64,000 bases of DNA. Origin: Vezdaea acicularis. Its lineage: Eukaryota. The translations under genes and the position numbers were made by a program. Below, in pieces: positions 62,601-64,000 of the stretch (position 1 is its first letter; each line of letters opens with the position of its first letter). Below the pieces are notes generated by a model. The model ran no database searches and was not told the origin of the DNA. It saw only the letters and a program-made list of their open reading frames with translations. The stretch lies in assembly GCA_026025075.1 (NCBI GenBank), contig JAPEUI010000009.1:186001-250000 (forward strand), in the 5' to 3' direction.

Positions 62601-63206
62601 CGGGTGAACCCAAACCTGTATACGGATGGAAAGATCTGCTTAAGCCTGTTAGGAACCTGGCCCTCGCGGACACTGAATGAGGCTTGGTCGTCTGCCAATT
62701 CAACCATTCTCCAAATCCTGGTGAGCATAATGGGGCTTATCTTGGTTAAGGATCCATATTACAGTAAGTTTGCACCATCAGCTGACCAACGCCATGAGCT
62801 CATTTGAGAAATAGATGAAGCGGGCTTCGAAATTCTATCAGGCTCTGAAAATACGCAAACAGCTTCCGCTAATTACAACGAGAAAGCGTACGTTCTCTCG
62901 CGCGGATTTGTCAAGCATGGCTTAGAGAGGAAACCTGGGGGATTTGAGGATGTCTTGCTTCGAATCTTTCTCGGACGTGGGGTGGACGGGCAGTGTGTGC
63001 TGGACCGAATTGTCGAGGAATCCAAAGCGATCATAAGCCAAAGTGAACGGCCAGCCTGTACCACAGGTTCATCAGATATCGTAGTTGCTGGCTCCATCTC
63101 CAGACTTAGTGAGGGCGCGTTGATTCCTTTGAGGAGAACAGTAATGGCTCTGGATGATGCGTTAGCACAGCTCAAACTTGAAGCTCAACACCAAGGGGCA
63201 TCGTAG
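59697..63206 (+). CDS. Large UBE2O-like E2/E3 hybrid ubiquitin-conjugating enzyme; exons 59697-59762, 59812-59826, 59887-59979, 60093-62763, 62815-63206 (start codon uncertain)
   Basis: LVDRSLSFGDVVKR N-terminal region. C-terminal UBC domain RLDLLRVLIIGP..TPYE...RVNPNLYTDGKICLSLLGTW...KDPYYNEAGF. Confidence 0.9.
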
Positions 63207-63295
63207 ATATAATGATTACTACCAACGGATAGCATCATTTCAGGAGGGCATGTATAGCGGCCTGGTGGTACTGATTGCTTGTAGCGTCTTTATAT

Positions 63296-63460
63296 TTGCA
63301 TTAGCGGATGGTGGATAGGGAGAAGCATAGCTTCGGCGCGTAAGCAGGTAAATTCATATCCATCGAAAGGGTTGTCCTTGCACTTGCATCGGCGGATAGC
63401 CGATAAGGAGAAGCATAGCTTTGGTGCGTAGGCAGATAGATTCACGTCCATCAAAAGAGC
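63296..63460. repeat. Two-copy tandem duplication, period 88 bp, about 80% identical
   Basis: Copies start at 63296 and 63384 and share the core GGAGAAGCATAGCTT. Manual alignment gives 15 mismatches in 76 bases. Confidence 0.9.
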
Positions 63461-64000
63461 CTTGACATGCATAAGCCCCTCTGGTGACCCCTATTAACGA
63501 GTAGAATTCATGGCTTCATCCGAATGAATGGCTGGAACCTCCATCATAGCTGTGATGATGAAGAACAGGACTCGAAGTACACTGCGCACACTTAGTTCAG
63601 CCGCAAGCTTACGCTGATGGTTGCAGTGCACATGATCTATTGCCATAGAGACAGCAAGGCTTTGTGAGAGAACGTCGCTATCAGGAAAAGCTCTGTTGAG
63701 TCTGGTTCGGTGTTCAGGGACGTTGCTTTGAGTATGAGCCTTAACGGGTCAAACTTCCGAGAAGAACTGCAAGTTGTGCAGTTTGTGAATAGGTCACCGG
63801 ATTGGTGTTGACGCTCGTGTGTTTCCGCAGAAGAAAAAAGCACACAACGCGGCATGAAGTATATGAAACTCTCCATTTAGAAGACCGGAGCATTAACAGA
63901 AAACGTGCCTAAAGATACAACTAATGTACGATGAAAACATTAAAGTCCAAGCTTTCTCAAAGTAACTTGGACGAAAACAAATCTGTCCAGGCAAGCAGAA

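Overview
Gene-dense eukaryotic DNA from a filamentous ascomycete (Pezizomycotina-type short spliceosomal introns with CTRAY branch sites). About 27 protein-coding genes can be reconstructed by hand. Most are conserved housekeeping genes: a Ubc7/Ubc15-type E2, a TFIIIC 90-kDa-type subunit, a mitochondrial carnitine carrier, GPI8, a CDF zinc transporter, ALG1, a mitochondrial thiolase, RAD6, kinesin-1, a class II aldolase, a PCI/Csn12-like protein, a histidine-phosphatase/PGM-family protein, an Sds3-like protein, an AT-hook protein, an AsaB/CmcJ-like oxygenase, a BTB protein, a GH72 glucanosyltransferase, EAF, COG8 and a UBE2O-like E2. The one accessory-looking block (about 5.85-12.3 kb, between the carnitine carrier and GPI8) holds an F-box-like orphan, a possible degenerate relic, a TATA-driven stand-alone HET-domain gene with an unrecognised C-terminal half, and a TATA-driven secreted Alt a 1-like protein. 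This block is the best candidate for an undescribed non-self/defence module, but that reading is inference. Other observations are a GC-AG intron, a 15-nt microexon, a ~230-aa insertion in the PCI protein, a likely unannotated 62-aa microprotein, a C-rich to G-rich switch at gene 3' ends, and an 88-bp tandem duplication with CpG-biased transitions. No tRNA, rRNA, CRISPR array or intact transposon was recognised. All family assignments come from motif recognition; no database search was run.
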